A DNA stretch of 64,000 nucleotides from Centroscyllium fabricii (GCA_051313645.2 JBNRSN020000002.1:166904001-166968000); one strand, 5' to 3'. Numbered from the stretch's first letter, positions 1 through 13,537 are shown. Notes: generated by a model not told the origin, from the letters alone. A program made the numbers and translations.

Positions 1-97
1 GCAAAGGGTAATGGTCGACAGGTATTTTTGTAACTGGAAGGCGGTTTCCAGTGGGGTTCCCCAGGGCTCAGTACTAGGTCCCTTGCTTTTTGTGGTA

Positions 98-629
98 CAG
101 GTTGCGCACTGGAAATCCGGCACGGGCAGGACCAGGCCCGTGCCGGGAAAGTGAAAAAAACGGCAGAATGAAGTCGGTCAGTGCGCATGCGCGCACCATG
201 CAAAATGGCCATGCGCATGCGCACAACATTGGAAATGGCCGCCGAACGTCTTTGTGGAGTCTCAGCTGATGGCCAGCAGGCTGCTCCGGGAAACGCGCGC
301 TTCACCTTGGCGGGCGCTCGGGACTCGCACATTCAAAACGCGGCGCGAGCCGCCGCGCCCTGACACCACGGAAGGCCCGGCGGCCGTTTTGAATGATCTG
401 CGCATGCGCTAGCCGTCCGGCGACGCATGCGCAGATCATTCAAAACACCCGGCAGCCGTTTTGAATGATCTGCGCATGCGCTAGCCGTCCAGCGACGCAT
501 GCGCAGATCATTCGCCGAAGCCGCAATCGCGGCTGCCATCTTGCGCATGCGCAGTGCAGTCGGGGCAATTTGTTCCGGCAGACTGAAGCTGCCGGCGTTT
601 CGGGTCACGGATTTTCGGTGCACAACCTG
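98..629. mobile_element. TA-flanked MITE (Tc1/mariner, Tigger-like), variant of family A
   Basis: TA|CAGGTTGCGCAC...GTGCACAACCTG|TA; CR1 sequence resumes on both sides. Confidence 0.88.
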
Positions 630-1412
630 TATATATAAATTATTTAGACTTCAATGTAGGGGGTATGATTAAGAAGTTTGCAAATGATACAAAAATTGGC
701 TGCGTGGTTTACGGTGAGGAAGAAAACTGTAGACTGGAGGAAGACATCAATGGACTGGTCAGGTGGGCAGAAAAGTGGCAAATGGAATTCAATCTGGAGA
801 AGTGAGGGGTAATGTAGTTGGGGAGGGATAACAAGGCAAGAGAATACACAGTAAATGGTAGGACACTGAAGTGTAGAGGATCAGAGGGACCTTGGTGTGC
901 ATGTCCACAGATCCCTGAAGGTAGCAGGACAGGTAGATAAGATGGTTAAGAAGGCATATGGGATACTTGCCTTGATTAGCCGAGGCATAGAATATAAGAG
1001 CAGAGAGGTTATGCTTGAACTGTAGTACTGTGTACAGTTCTGGTCACATTACAAGATGTGATTGCGCTAGAGAGGGTATAGAGTAGATTTAGGAGGAAGT
1101 TGCCAGGACTGGAGAATTTTAGCTATGATGAAAGACTGGATAGGCTGGGGCGGTTTTCTTTGGAGCAGAGGAAGCGGAGGGTAGACATAAATTGAGGTGC
1201 ATAAAATTATGAGGGGTCTAGATAGACTGGGATAGGAAGGACCTATTTCTCCCAGCGGAGATGTCAATAACTAGGGGGCATAGATTTAAAGTTTTTGGTA
1301 GGAGGATTAGAGGGGAGTTGAGGAGAATATTTTTCACCCGGAGGGTGGTGGGGGTCTGAAATTCACTGCCTGAAAGGGCGATAGAGGCAGAGACCCTCAT
1401 CACATTTAAAAA

Positions 1413-1520
1413 TGCTGTGTTTGTATGCATCTCTCTACTACACCTGACGAAGGAGCAACGCTCCCAGAAGCTTGTGATTTCAAATAAAACTGTTGGGACT
1501 ATAACCTGTTGTGTGACTTC
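1413..1520 (+). mobile_element. Penelope-like terminal-repeat fragment with degenerate minimal hammerhead
   Basis: 13-bp duplication tcacatttaaaaa (1400-1412, 1521-1533); CTGACGA-ggagc aac gctcc core; AATAAA. Confidence 0.65.
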
Positions 1521-1548
1521 TCACATTTAAAAAGTATTTGGATATGTA

Positions 1549-1941
1549 AACATAGAAACTAGGAGCAGGAGTAGGCCATTCGGCCCTTCGAGCCTGCTCT
1601 GCCATTCAATGAGATCATGGCTGATCATCCAAACCCAGTATCCCGCCCCTGCCCTCCCCCATATCTCTCGATCCCTATCGAGCCTGCATCGACACATATC
1701 CCACTCTATCCCCGTAACCCCACATATTCAATCCCTAACACTAAGGGTCAATTTATCCTGGCCAATCAACCTAACCCGCACATCTTTGGACTGTGTGAGG
1801 AAACCGGAGCACCTGGAGGAAACCCACGCAGACACGGGGAGAATGTGCAAACTCCACACAGATAGTACCCGAGGCTGGATTTGAACCCGGGTCTCCAGTG
1901 CTGTGAGACAACAGTGCTAACCACTGTGCCACCAGCCACCC
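1549..1941 (-). mobile_element. tRNA-derived V-SINE (HE1-like), full length, long CR1-derived tail
   Basis: Box A/B-like head (tggcacagtggttagc; ggttcaaatcc), V-core gtggagtttgcacattctccccgtg, ttctatgt tail. Confidence 0.88.
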
Positions 1942-2880
1942 CGTACTTGAAGTGCTGTAACCTACAAGGCTATGGACCAAGAGCTGGAAAGTGGGATTAG
2001 GCTGGTTAGTTCTTTTTTGGCTGTAAATTTCTATGATTCTAGAAAAAAAGCTATCAGCCTCCTGGGACTGTATTAGGGGCAGAGCAAAACATCCACTCAC
2101 CCTATGGATGTGTCCTGACCCCATCCAAAAATCGTAGCATATTTTCGGTGGATGCCTGCATTATTTTTCAACTGTGGCATGCACCTCAGTGGGACAGGGA
2201 TATCACTATGGCAACTTGCTACAGTGTAAGTGGAGACACCATGCTGGACAAAGTGTTTTTTTTAAATGGCAGTGCAATGTAATGTTTAAATTTCTTCCAA
2301 AGTGTGGACAGTTTTTGCACTTTCCTATTGCCCACATTTACTTGCCAATGGCAAAATGTCTATACAAGAATTAAATAACACTTAACTTGTGCGCTTAGGC
2401 AGGAAATTACTGCATCATTTAATTGAAGCTGGTGCTCATTAGAACATCAGAAAATTCCAAATGAGAAACAGTCTATTAAGCCTGCTCCACCCAGAGTCCA
2501 TGATAGATTAATCAATGATGAATTACCCTCCTACACCACCTGTTAGTCTACTATTTTAGGCAACACTAATATCCTTCTTGGATCAGCTGTAAAAAAAAAT
2601 TAAGCAAGAATTGTTAGTTCTCCAAGCCTCAATCCCACTTCTCAATCACTATCGACCCAACTCCTTTTTAAATCAACTACCTTTCCCGGAAGTTTATTCC
2701 ACATAGCCATGATCACATTGCAGCAAAAAAAGTTTTCTTTTCTGATCTCGTCTTGCTGGATGCCTGTGCATTATTATGTGTTGAATTCCATCTCATCCAT
2801 AGACTCATCTTGTATCATGTCTCCCCTCAGTTTTTCCACAGCAGAAATAAAATGATTAATTTGAGCCTCTTTATACCGAA

Positions 2881-3536
2881 GGGGAAAAATTGAGTCGCGT
2901 CCCCTTTGGGGTGTTAACTTCGCCAGAGCGCTACTTTTAGCGCCCAGGAAAAATTAGTGCCCCAAGAGGGAAGCGGGGTGCTACTGGAAGCACCCCGCCT
3001 CCCTCTTGGGGCACTGTGAGTGAGTATCACGGCGCGATGTGCCGCGGCGCCACACCGCGGTACTGCAGGTCTTCCTCCCCTTCTTAAAGGGGAGGGGCCT
3101 TGCGCAGCGTTACCCGAGGCCCAGCTGGGCCACCCGGGATCAGAGTGCCAGGCTCACAGAGCGTAGCCGGCGGGGAGGCTACAGAGGAGGCCGGAGACGG
3201 CAGCTGCTGGCAAGTGGCCAGCAAGAAAAATGACCGCCCGGCACCTTCCCTTTCATTTGTGTAGCCCTGGCCGCAGGGAGGCACCCCTGACCCTGTCGAA
3301 CATAGTTTCCGACAGCAAATCAGGGGGCGCTACCGAAGATTGTGGCGGGACGAGAGCGGGGCGCTGTGCACGGTGATGACGTCATTGCCGGCAGCGCAAT
3401 GCGTGCCAACGGTCACCCCCGCCGCTAACCTCTCGCTGAATTTCGCGAGAGGCATTGGCGGCGCAGCACTCGGGCACTAGTTGCTTTGTGCCCCGTTAGT
3501 GCCCTAAGAGGCGCAAAGCAATCACATTTTTAGGCC
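2881..3536. mobile_element. GC-rich non-autonomous DNA transposon (family B)
   Basis: Starts GGGGAAAAATT; colinear with the copy at 7446-8110. Confidence 0.7.
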
Positions 3537-3560
3537 TGCGTGTCCTAGGGCTTGGGATCA

Positions 3561-4887
3561 CAGAAACATAGACAATAGGTGCAGGAGTAGACCATTCGGC
3601 CCTTCGAGCCTGCACCGCCATTCAACACGTTCATGGCTGAACATGCGACATCAGTACCCCATTCCTGCTTTCTTGCCATATCCCTTGATGCCCCTAGTTG
3701 TAAGTATTACATCTAACTCCCTTCTGAATATATTTAGTGAACTGGCCTCAACAACTTTCTGTGGTAGAGAATTCCACAGATTCACCACTCTCTGGGTGAA
3801 GAAGTTTCTCCTCATCTCGGTCCTAAAAGGCTTACCCCTTATCCTTAGTCTGTGCCGCCCTGGCTCTGGACTTCCCCAACAATGGGAACATTCTGCCCGC
3901 ATCTAACCTGTCTAAACCGGTCAGTATTTTAAACGTTTCTATGAGATCCCCCCTCATTCTTCTGAACTCCAGAGAGTGCAAGTTCAGTTGATCCAGTCTT
4001 TCTTGATATGTCAGTCCGGCCATCCCGGGAATCAATCTAGTAAACCTTCGCTGCACTCCCTCAATAGCAAGAATGTCCTTCCTCAAGTTAGGAGACCAAA
4101 ACTGCACACAATACTCCAAGTGTGGCCTCACCAAGGCTCTGTACAACTGTAGCAACACCTACTGCTGTACTCAAATCCCCTCGCTATGAAGGCCAACATG
4201 CCATTTGCTTTCTTACCTGCCTGCTGTACCTGCATTTCCACCTTCAGTGACTGATGTACCATGATGCCCAGGTCTCGTTGCACCTCCCCTTTCCCTAATC
4301 TGTCTCCATTCAGATAATAGTCTGTCTTTCTATTTTTACCACCAAAGTGGATAACCTCACATTTATCCACATTGTACTTCATCTGCCATATATTTGCCCA
4401 TTCACCTAACCTGTCCAAGTCACTCTGTAGCCTCTTAGCATCCTCCTCGCAGCTCACACTGCCTCCCAATTTAGTGTCATCCGCAAATTTGGAGATACAA
4501 CATTTAATCCCTTCGTCCAAATCATTAATATATAATGTAAACAGCTGGGGCCCCAGCACCGAACCTTGCGGTACCCCGCTGGTCACTGCCTGCCATTCTG
4601 AAAAGTACCCATTTACTCCTACTCTTTGTTTCCTGTGTGCCAACCAGTTCTCAATCCACGTCAACACATTACCCCCAATCCCATGTGCTTTAACTTTGCA
4701 CACCAATCTCTTGTGTGGGACCTTGTCGAAAGCCTTCTGAAAGTCCAAGTACACCACATCCACTGGCTCTCCCTTGTTTATTCTATTGGAAACATCCTCA
4801 AAAAATTCCAGAAGATTTGTCAAGCATGATTTCCCTTTTACAAATCCATGCTGACTTGGACCTATCATGTCACCACTTTCCAAATGG
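3561..4887 (-). mobile_element. 5'-truncated CR1 LINE (RT C-terminal half and 3' UTR), frameshifted
   Basis: ORFs 4128-4883 (QHGF, DFQKAFD, GVPQGSVLGP, FADD), 3832-4158 and 3651-3902; CR1 3' stem-loop and tail. Confidence 0.95.
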
Positions 4888-5286
4888 TTGTCATTGTTCT
4901 TTGTATCCTTTCTAATGTATGTATTTTTTTTTGTTCTTCACAAAACATGATGATTACTTTAAAGCATGCTGAGGTGGCAGGACCAGAGAACATTAAATAG
5001 TAATAGTGCAAAGTAAATGCAATAAAGATCTCAAGAAAATCTTGTTAATCAGAGTGGTAAATATTTGGAATAGAGGCAAAAGCATTGGGGTGATTCAAAA
5101 TACATTAGAGGCTATGCTGAGAGAATTAAAGTAGCAGAGGGTTGAGTTTAGATGCGCCAAATAGCCTTTTTTTCACAACTGACTTTTGAGTTCTGTCTTG
5201 TCAGCTCCTTCTTCTTTCTTTCTTTGTTATCAAAGTATTCTTAACTCTTAAATGAGGAAAAAAATGTGAAATGTGTTTGAACATAC

Positions 5287-5501
5287 TGTAACGACCAGCT
5301 GTCCCAGAGGCGCATCTTCACTGATCACTGCCATATATACATTGTGGCTAAATTTAGGAGTGTTGTCATTGATGTCTGTCACATTAATATTCACTGTTGC
5401 TACATCATTAAGTGAAGGTGTTCCACCATCTGTGACTTCTACTGTCAAATAATATTCATGAGATGTCTCAAAGTCCAGGCTTTCAAGCACAAAAATGGCA
5501 C
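5287..5501 (-). CDS. FAT1: FAT1 exon (exon 15 equivalent)
   Basis: [50 protein letters not shown]...VVT; cag/gtatgt; 215 nt. Confidence 0.95.
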
Positions 5502-5678
5502 CTGATAAAAACAAAATGGCAAATTAATAGAAAAGACAACAACAAAAAAATACATCACACCAATGATCAGAAAATATGTAAATTTTCCTTCACATTTTAA
5601 CCAACTGAATTCTCTACAATAATCAGTGTATTACTACTGAGCAAATGATTTTCAAATTTAGCTACAATTATAAAATAC

Positions 5679-6068
5679 CTGTATTTGCATCTATGCTGAA
5701 CTTTCCATGTTCATTGCCACTGATGATGGAATATGTAATCTCTGCATTGGCCTCAATGTCCCTGCTGGCTGCAAATATCTGAAGAACCTCAGTTCCCAAA
5801 GGAATATCCTCAGAAAGTGTGACTAGATACTCTCTGTACTCAAACACAGGCGGGTTGTCATTGATATCTAGCACAGAAACCAATACTGTACAAACGGACG
5901 ATAGCTTTTTGAGAGCGCCTTGATCAGTGACCTTCACACTAAGACTGTACGAAGCTTGGAGTTCCCGATCTAAAGGTTTCTCCAGACTAATGATTCCAGA
6001 TAACTCATCAATGGAGAAGTGATCGTCTGCAGAATCCACAAGTGAATAAAGTACCTTACGATTCAAGC
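5679..6068 (-). CDS. FAT1: FAT1 exon (exon 14 equivalent)
   Basis: [14 protein letters not shown]...[32 protein letters not shown]; tag/gtattt; 390 nt. Confidence 0.95.
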
Positions 6069-6407
6069 CTATTTAAAATTTAGAAAGAAAAAAAGTTTCA
6101 TCAATGTTATCACTTTAATCATGAACAATAAAAAAGGAAATAATGCAGAATGCTTCCAGTAAATTGTGTTTACTGAAGCATTAAAATTACCTCCATAAAG
6201 TTAGTAATAGAAAATGAACATCTTGCATAAGTTTAGGAATGCTTGGTCCTTAATATAATAAAATTCATAATTGTACATCTTTTTATAGTAATACAAGGTA
6301 TATACACACATGTATATCAATGAAAGGTACTATAGTACATTATAGTTTTTTTCCCCGTTGTTTATTCCTGAATGGCGTAAACAAATAAATAGAACTGTAA
6401 TGTAGTA

Positions 6408-6939
6408 CAGGTTGTGCACCGAAAATCCGTGTCCCGAATAGCCGGCAGCTTCAGTCTGCCGGCACAAATTGCCCCGACTGCACTGCACATGCGCAAGATG
6501 GCCGCCGCCATCGTGGCTTCAGCGAATGATCTGCGCATGCGTCCAGCGCATGCGCAGATCATTCAAAACAGCTGCCGGGTGTTTTGAATGATCTGCGCAT
6601 GCGTCGCCGGACGGTTAGCGCATGCGCAGATAATTCAATACGGCCGCCGGTTATTTTCTCGACAGCTGAGCCCCGTGACTGAGGCGGACAGTCACTAGGC
6701 AACAGCTGTCAGCCTGAGTCCGGCTCGGCGGCAGCAGCAACCCGAAAGGCGATGGAGAGGGAAGGCGGACCCGGGCCCGATCTGCGCATGCGCGCGCCAG
6801 CCAAGCCCAATGTTGTGCGCATGCGCGCGGCCATTTTGAATGGTGCGCATGCGCAGTGTCCAACCTCGTTCTCCCGGTTTTTTCTGTTTCCCGGCACGGG
6901 CCTGGTCCCGCCCGTGGCGGATTAATGGTGCACAACCTG
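6408..6939. mobile_element. TA-flanked MITE family A
   Basis: TA|CAGGTTGTGCACC...GGTGCACAACCTG|TA; nearly identical to 31265-31922 apart from an internal deletion. Confidence 0.92.
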
Positions 6940-7445
6940 TATTAGCAAACTATTAGAATTGTGCTGGACATTTTGTTTTTACTCTGAATATCTTATTTTT
7001 CAACAGAAACACTTTTATATATTTGAGAACACTCTTCCCTTCTGCAGTAATTCATGTATATTATTTACCTCTAATCACAATAGACTGCAAATAGTTTGAA
7101 CACAACTGGTTCTGCATAAACTGTCACTGTTCTATCCTTTTTGTAAGTTACCAACATTTTTGTCCCCATAGGCGCCTACTTACTTTTGAGTGGCTCATTC
7201 CTTCACCTTTACCCATCAAGCTATGTAAGCAGACTGTTTAGAGATTTCTAAGCCTCCTACCCTGCACCCGCCCCCCTAACCAGGTTCCAACACTAGGCCC
7301 ATAATGCATCATCAACTGGAAAATGTACCCTCGTAGGTCCATCCTGGTAAATCAAGTGGTGCTGAATGTATTGTAAAGTTTCATACACAACTTTTTTTAT
7401 TCTCTAGCTATACTTTTTTTCTTCTCTAGCATTTTTTAAGTATAA

Positions 7446-8110
7446 GGGGGAAAAATTCGGTGGCGCTCCACTTGGGGCGCTACTTTTAGCGCCCCGAAAA
7501 TGTTAGCGCCGGTCCGCCGGGAATTTGGTTTTAGCGCCCCAAGTAGGAGGTGGGTCCCGACTGAAGGTGCCCCACCTCGTTCTTTGGGCGCTGCCACTCA
7601 ATTTTGGGCGACTGCTTGCCGTAGCGCCACGCTCTGCAGAGTGCCGCGGTACTGCAGGCCTCACTCCCCTGATTAAAGTGGAGTGGCGCGGAGCCCCGTT
7701 GGACCACCAGGGATCAGAATGCTGCCAAAGGAGCACAGCCAGCACTCCACGGGGGGGCATTGGGGAAGGCTGGAGATGGCAGAGGGGGCAGGTGCTGGCA
7801 GTCGGCCAGCAAGAAAAATGGCCGCCCGGCACCTCCCCCCCTTTAAATAGCGCTTCCCCGGCTGCAAGTACGCCCCCCCTGACCCTGTTGGTAATGGCGT
7901 CCGGCGGTACGGCAGCGGGCGCGACTGAAGTTAGCTGCCTGGGCACTGCGATGATGTCATCGCTGGTGGCGCAGCGCCACAGGGTGCTACCGGTTGCCAC
8001 CCACGCTGAATATCGTGGGAGGCGCCAGCCCAGGCGCTAGGTGCCTTGCGCCCCATTAGCAGCCCTCTTAGGGCGCTAACGGGATGCGCAAGCAACCAAA
8101 TTCTTCCCCC
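7446..8110. mobile_element. GC-rich non-autonomous DNA transposon (family B)
   Basis: Termini GGGGGAAAAATT...AATTCTTCCCCC; related to 2881-3536. Confidence 0.75.
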
Positions 8111-9580
8111 AAAGTCTATAACACTTTACAACAAAATTGTAACTTGAAAAATGGTGTTGGTTCAGGTTGGTATCCAAACTTCAACCCCTATGAGCCAAAA
8201 GTGACAACACTGCTTTGAACCACAAATCATCAAGTCCTGGTGAACGAGACACAATTATAAATTGTTCATTAATATGGATACAGACTGAGGTTCATTTTTC
8301 TTTGTGTGTAAAGGTAAAGGAACATTATTTTACTAAACTATCACAACAAACCAATGACAGTTTAGTAAAAAAAAATCCTTTATCTGACGCGAGGGAAAAT
8401 ATTCCAAAATCTTTATTTATGTGTCATGGTTGGCAACCCTAAAGCTACATTTCATTATGAATAAGCTGTAAATATACAAGATGAGCAGTTATGCCACCAA
8501 GATAAATAATTTATATGATGCATGTAGAGGCTTGATTGATAAGATTATTCATAAATTAATATCTTAAAATTTATTTTAAAATGTGCAAATTCCTTTTAGA
8601 ATAACTACCGCTGAAATCACTTCAACTTTACTGAAAAAAAGACCTTGAAAATGAACAACGTGGATAAAATCATTTGTGAATTCATCGTGCTGAGAAACAT
8701 ATGCTTAACAATGTATGTTGCACTCATGTAACTGCTATTGGGCTTCACTGTTCCCTCAGCGCTCAGCATGGATAATTCGTGTACAGAACATTACCATGAT
8801 GAATGATTTGCTTAATTGCACTGACACGATTGATCCTATTTCTGCATTTTCACTAAAATTAACAGCCACATAAGAATATCAGCCTTATGTGAGCTAAAAA
8901 TAACACTGTTGGTAAGGGAGTATAAAATTCCTGGGTAATTGTTGTTTAGTCATACTGGAGATCCCCTTGTTAAACTGTCATTAAAAAAAAATCAAATAAT
9001 GCTGCTTTAAAAAATTGGCAAGTTATAAAATTGTAAATCTCTGTTATAAATAACATCAACACTATCAAGTGTTACAATCACCAAAGGTGACCCCTACAGC
9101 TGTCATTCAGAAGGCCGTTATACCGCTTATCTTTGGGCATCGGGATGCCAAACCTGCTCCGACCTACTCTTCAGCTCAGGAAACAAACTCCCAAAGTAGG
9201 AAGCCCCATCCATTGATGCCAGTGGTTTTCTGGTGACAGAGGCTCTACCCCTCACAAAACTTAAGACCTCTAATATTAGGCGTATCTGGGTTCCAGCCTG
9301 ATTTCCAGTCCACTCTTGCTAGAACTACAGCTCGAGTGCATTGAAAGGGCCAAGGAATTTCAAGCCCTATTTGTTTGCCTGGAGTACTACTGACTTGAAT
9401 GGACAGAGCCCCAAATGATTTTCCCCATGGGACAACGGCAATATCCTGTTTGTATATGGAGGTGGAACAAATGATCAAGAATTAATGTGATGTCATCTGC
9501 TATTCATCTTAAAATAACTTTCATAAACAATAGGAGCAGGCTATTCAGCTCCTTGAGCCTGTTCCACTGTTCAATTAGAT

Positions 9581-9765
9581 CAGGGGTGGGCAATTATTTG
9601 GGCTGGAGGACCACTTAACAAGTTTTGGTGAGCTGTTAAGGGCCGCACACCAATGTTGTCCCGAAGGTCCCACACAGGCCGCTCACCAGCTCCTGCCACT
9701 GGAAGAGGTACTGCGCCTACAGTATTGTTAAGTGGCTCTCCAGCCCAAATAATTGGCCATCCCTG
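9581..9765. mobile_element. Small hAT-like MITE
   Basis: About 27-bp TIR CAGGGGTGGGCAATTATTTGGGCTGGA; degenerate 8-bp flanks aattagat/actaagag. Confidence 0.7.
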
Positions 9766-10630
9766 ACTAAGAGCTTTTGAAACTAACCAGCTACATTTAC
9801 ATTGTCTTTGAAAACATACAGGGGTTACATGTTTGACTGTGCAGCTGGCTGTTTGTCATGGTGTTTCCAGTACCCCATGCAAGTATCCATTGTTCCTTAT
9901 TTTGCTATTTGATTTCAAGACTACCTCTGTGCAATGCTATTCTTGAAATGATTCAGCACACAAAACCCTTCATCAGCCCCAGCAGTCCAGACACAACAGT
10001 AGTTCCAATTAGCATGAACTCTGACCCAGCAGAAATAAACCCACCCCTCAGTCCCCCAGCTACAGCAAGGTTGAAATGAAGGGCCCTCCATTATGACAGA
10101 AACAATAGTGACCACACAAATGATGGCAGATTAAACACACTACTCGAAAACCAAAGATGGCATGTGTAGTATCTGTAATTGTGGGCCATTAGCTGGAGTC
10201 CTTGTGCTCCAGAATCCACTCCCGTGTCTAAGGCGGTGATGAGAACACCCTACCGTCGTACTCCGGGTAATTGGAGTTGCGATACAGATCAGCCATGATC
10301 TAATTCAGTGGTGGGCAAAATGCGACCCACAGGCCATATCCAGTCTGCTGGACAGGACAGAAATAGAACACAAACTGGGAGAGGACAGACACAGTGCTGA
10401 TCTCCCTCTTTGGTAAGAGAATCGTGGAGATGAGCAGCCATGTCTCAACTCTAAAATGGATAGGGCGTATTTGAGTACCCAGTGCATTCTGGGTACAAAC
10501 ATTAAGGAGGCCCACAACTACCTTCTCAGGGTAACTATAGATTTGTAATAAATGCAGCCATGCCATATCCCAGGAAAAAAAATGCTATCACTTTCGATTT
10601 ACAGGAAGTCACTCCTGCATTTAACCAGTA

Positions 10631-11898
10631 CAGGTTGAGCACTGGTAATCCAGCACCCGATGGTCCAGCACCTTCAGTGGTCCGGCACGAATCGAAACCG
10701 GCGGTCTTCAGTTTGCAGAGCAGCCGCTTGGTGGCGCCACTGTTTCCCGCAATGGGTGGCTGAGCGCCAAAGGTGTCGGGTGTTTGGGTTGCTGCTTTTT
10801 TAGGTTTTGTAAGTGTTCTATCGCCGGGCTCCCTCCCGGGGAGTGTTCTACCCGCGCGCTCCGGGCCCCGGGGAGTGTTCTACCCGCGCGCTCCGGGCCC
10901 CGGGGAGTGTTCTACCCGCGCGCTCCGGGCCCCGGGGAGTGTTCTACCCGCGCGCTCCGGGCCCCGGGGAGTGTTCTACCCGCGCGCTCCGGGCCCCGGG
11001 GAGTGTTCTACCCGCGCGCTCCGGGCCCGGCGAGTGTTCTACCCGCGCGCTCCGGGGAGTGTTCTACCCGCGCGCTCCGGGCCCCGGGGAGTGTTCTACC
11101 CGCGCGCTCCGGGCCCCGGGGAGTGTTCTACCCGCGCGCTCCGGGCCCCGGGGAGTGTTCTACCCGCGCGCTCCGGGCCCCGGGGAGTGTTCTACCCGCG
11201 CGCTCCGGGCCCCGGGGAGTGTTCTACCCGCGCGCTCCGGGCCCCGGGGAGTGTTCTACCCGCGCGCTCCGGGCCCCGGGGAGTGTTCTACCCGCGCGCT
11301 CCGGGCCCCGGGGAGTGTTCTACCCGCGCGCTCCGGGCCCCGGGGAGTGTTCTACCCGCGCGCTCCGGGCCCCGGGGAGTGTTCTACCCGCGCGCTCCGG
11401 GCCCCGGGGAGTGTTCTACCCGCGCGCTCCGGGCCCCGGGGAGTGTTCTACCCGCGCGCTCCGGGCCCCGGGGAGTGTTCTACCCGCGCGCTCCGGGCCC
11501 CGGGGAGTGTTCTACCCGCGCGCTCCGGGCCCCGGGGAGTGTTCTACCCGCGCGCTCCGGGCCCCGGGGAGTGTTCTACCCGCGCGCTCCGGGCCCCGGG
11601 GAGTGTTCTACCCGCGCGCTCCGGGCCCCGGGGAGTGTTCTACCCGCGCGCTCCGGGCCCCGGGGAGTGTTCTACCCGCGCGCTCCGGGCCTCGGGGAGT
11701 GTTCTACCCGCGCGCTCCGGGCCCCGGGGAGTGTTCTACCCGCGCGCTCCGGGCCCCGGGGAGTGTTCTACCCGCGCGCTCCAGGCCCCGGGGAGTGTTC
11801 TACCCGTGCGCTCCTCCCGAACCTTCAGTGGTCCGGAATTTTCAGTGGTCCGGCACCGGCCTGGTCCCGAGGGTGCCGGATTACTGGTGCTCAACCTG
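10631..11898. mobile_element. TA-flanked Tigger-like MITE carrying an expanded minisatellite
   Basis: TA|CAGGTTGAGCACTGGTAATCC...GGATTACTGGTGCTCAACCTG|TA. Confidence 0.88.
10838..11812. repeat. 32-bp GC-rich minisatellite, about 30 units
   Basis: Unit GGGGAGTGTTCTACCCGCGCGCTCCGGGCCCC; irregular units near 11025-11056. Confidence 0.97.
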
Positions 11899-12155
11899 TA
11901 CTTAAAAATACATTAATGGTTTGACGAATCATTGACTATCTTTTATTTTTGAATATTGCTGTATTTTCTGAAATGCATTCATGAGTCAAGAGTTCTAGTT
12001 ACTGTATTTACAACACTGGGAAGTTGCATTTTCTTGATTTCTAAATAGGACTTTCATTGTAAAGTACATCTGGTAACATCTTACAAATTTACTTAGTTTC
12101 TGAGGGCTGTGTTGTAACAAGAATGGTTACTTACTATCACTGGAGTAAATCTTAC

Positions 12156-12389
12156 CTGTATCTGGATCAGTGGCTTGAACTCTTGTCAGCAGTGTTTTAT
12201 TAGCTGTGTTTTCAAAGACTGATACAGTGTAGGGATCAGATGAAAACTCTGGTGCGTTGTCATTCACATCCTCCAGTATTAGAACAACATCAGCCTGGCA
12301 GAAGCGACCGCCACCATCAGTGGCTCTCATCAATAGGTTATAAACTGCTTGCTGCTCACGATCAAGTGGAGCTAAAGTTTTCAATTCAC
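12156..12389 (-). CDS. FAT1: FAT1 exon (exon 13 equivalent)
   Basis: [32 protein letters not shown]...ATDPDT; tag/gtaaga; 234 nt. Confidence 0.95.
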
Positions 12390-12764
12390 CTAATATTCAA
12401 GTAAAATACAAGTTAATTACAGAAATGCTTATTAAATGACAAGTTTTAAATTTGATGAATAATATTTAAAATTCATTTGGCTTTCAACAGCTTTTAGAAC
12501 TCAAAAGTGTTTTAGCATTATATTCTCCAGTTATCTGATAAAGCCATACCATTTAACAAATTTATAATATATACCTAACAGTACCTAAGCTTTTGGCTTC
12601 GACGTTGCCATATACTTTCATTCCATAAATGATTGTAATTAACTTCCTGGAGACTGAGATTTACAGTAATATAAATCAATTCAACTGCGGAAATAAGAGT
12701 GTAATCTTGCAAAGTTTGGATGCACCCTTAAATGAGCATAAACCATGCAAAATAAACAAAAGTA

Positions 12765-13498
12765 TTGGCGGTCAGTGGCGAAGCATCGGTGCTGACCTCG
12801 AAGAAAGCTGCCCACAAAGATCTAGCGATCTCTGGTGTCGATTGCAGCTAACCGAACTTTGGTTTGAATCAGGTGTCAAATCAAGTGAATCTCCAGCGTT
12901 CAGCAGCAGTGATGTCGTCAAGCTGGCTAGCAGCCAATCACATTGAAGAATTCTCACAGAAAGTAAAGTGCACAGATTCTAATATACTTTTTATTAATTT
13001 TACTTAGAGCAAAATAAAGATTGGGACATACACATAGAATTATGGTAGAAGATGAAATATCAAACAAGCTTTAAAAAATATTACTTTAAAAATATGTAAT
13101 TCGTAATCATATTAATGGAAACATTTGACATTCTACAAATATAAAATTAGTCTTTCAGGGCTAGAACGGTTGTTCAGCAATCACTACGCTGTTAAAAACC
13201 CAATTATACCTCTTTCAGCAAGGTTTTACCTTTCTTTTCTTTTTTTGGGGGGGGGGTGATTAATAGTGATGTTCCAGGGTAATAGGAAAGTTTTCATTCT
13301 TCAGTGAGATTTTAATTGATTGCCGGCTTTGGGGAGTTCCACAGTGTAACCTGTGGCGGAGCACTGACTGACCGCAACTTCAGGATTTCCGCTTTTATCT
13401 GCACATGCGCTAAATTCTGAAGTTGTTGTCAGTTTCAGAGTGTATTAACAGCTAATGATGACAGTTTCGCTGTCATTACCACCGCAAAATCCGGGCCA
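12765..13498. mobile_element. Older non-autonomous DNA transposon, loosely palindromic
   Basis: Ends gcaaaatccgggcc like other GGC/GGG-ended MITEs here; AT-rich core; left boundary uncertain. Confidence 0.45.
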
Positions 13499-13537
13499 TT
13501 ATATCTTACTACAATAGAACAGCGGGAATATTCTCAC

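Larger units (their letters stand above)
1..2041 (+). mobile_element. Decayed CR1 LINE 3' portion (RT end and 3' tail), interrupted by three nested insertions
   Basis: Remnant SGVPQGSVLGPLLF, KFANDTKI and WQMEFN coding similarity to the intact CR1 at 42000-42900; ends in ttctatgattcta. Confidence 0.9.

Noticed and set aside
8790-8830. Box C/D snoRNA (TGATGA...CTGA)
   Set aside because: Boxes are too close together, there is no terminal stem, and it is antisense to the host gene
10773-11924. Three overlapping ORFs of about 370 aa, or a CRISPR-like array
   Set aside because: Translation of a stop-free 32-bp minisatellite; there are no unique spacers and no cas genes
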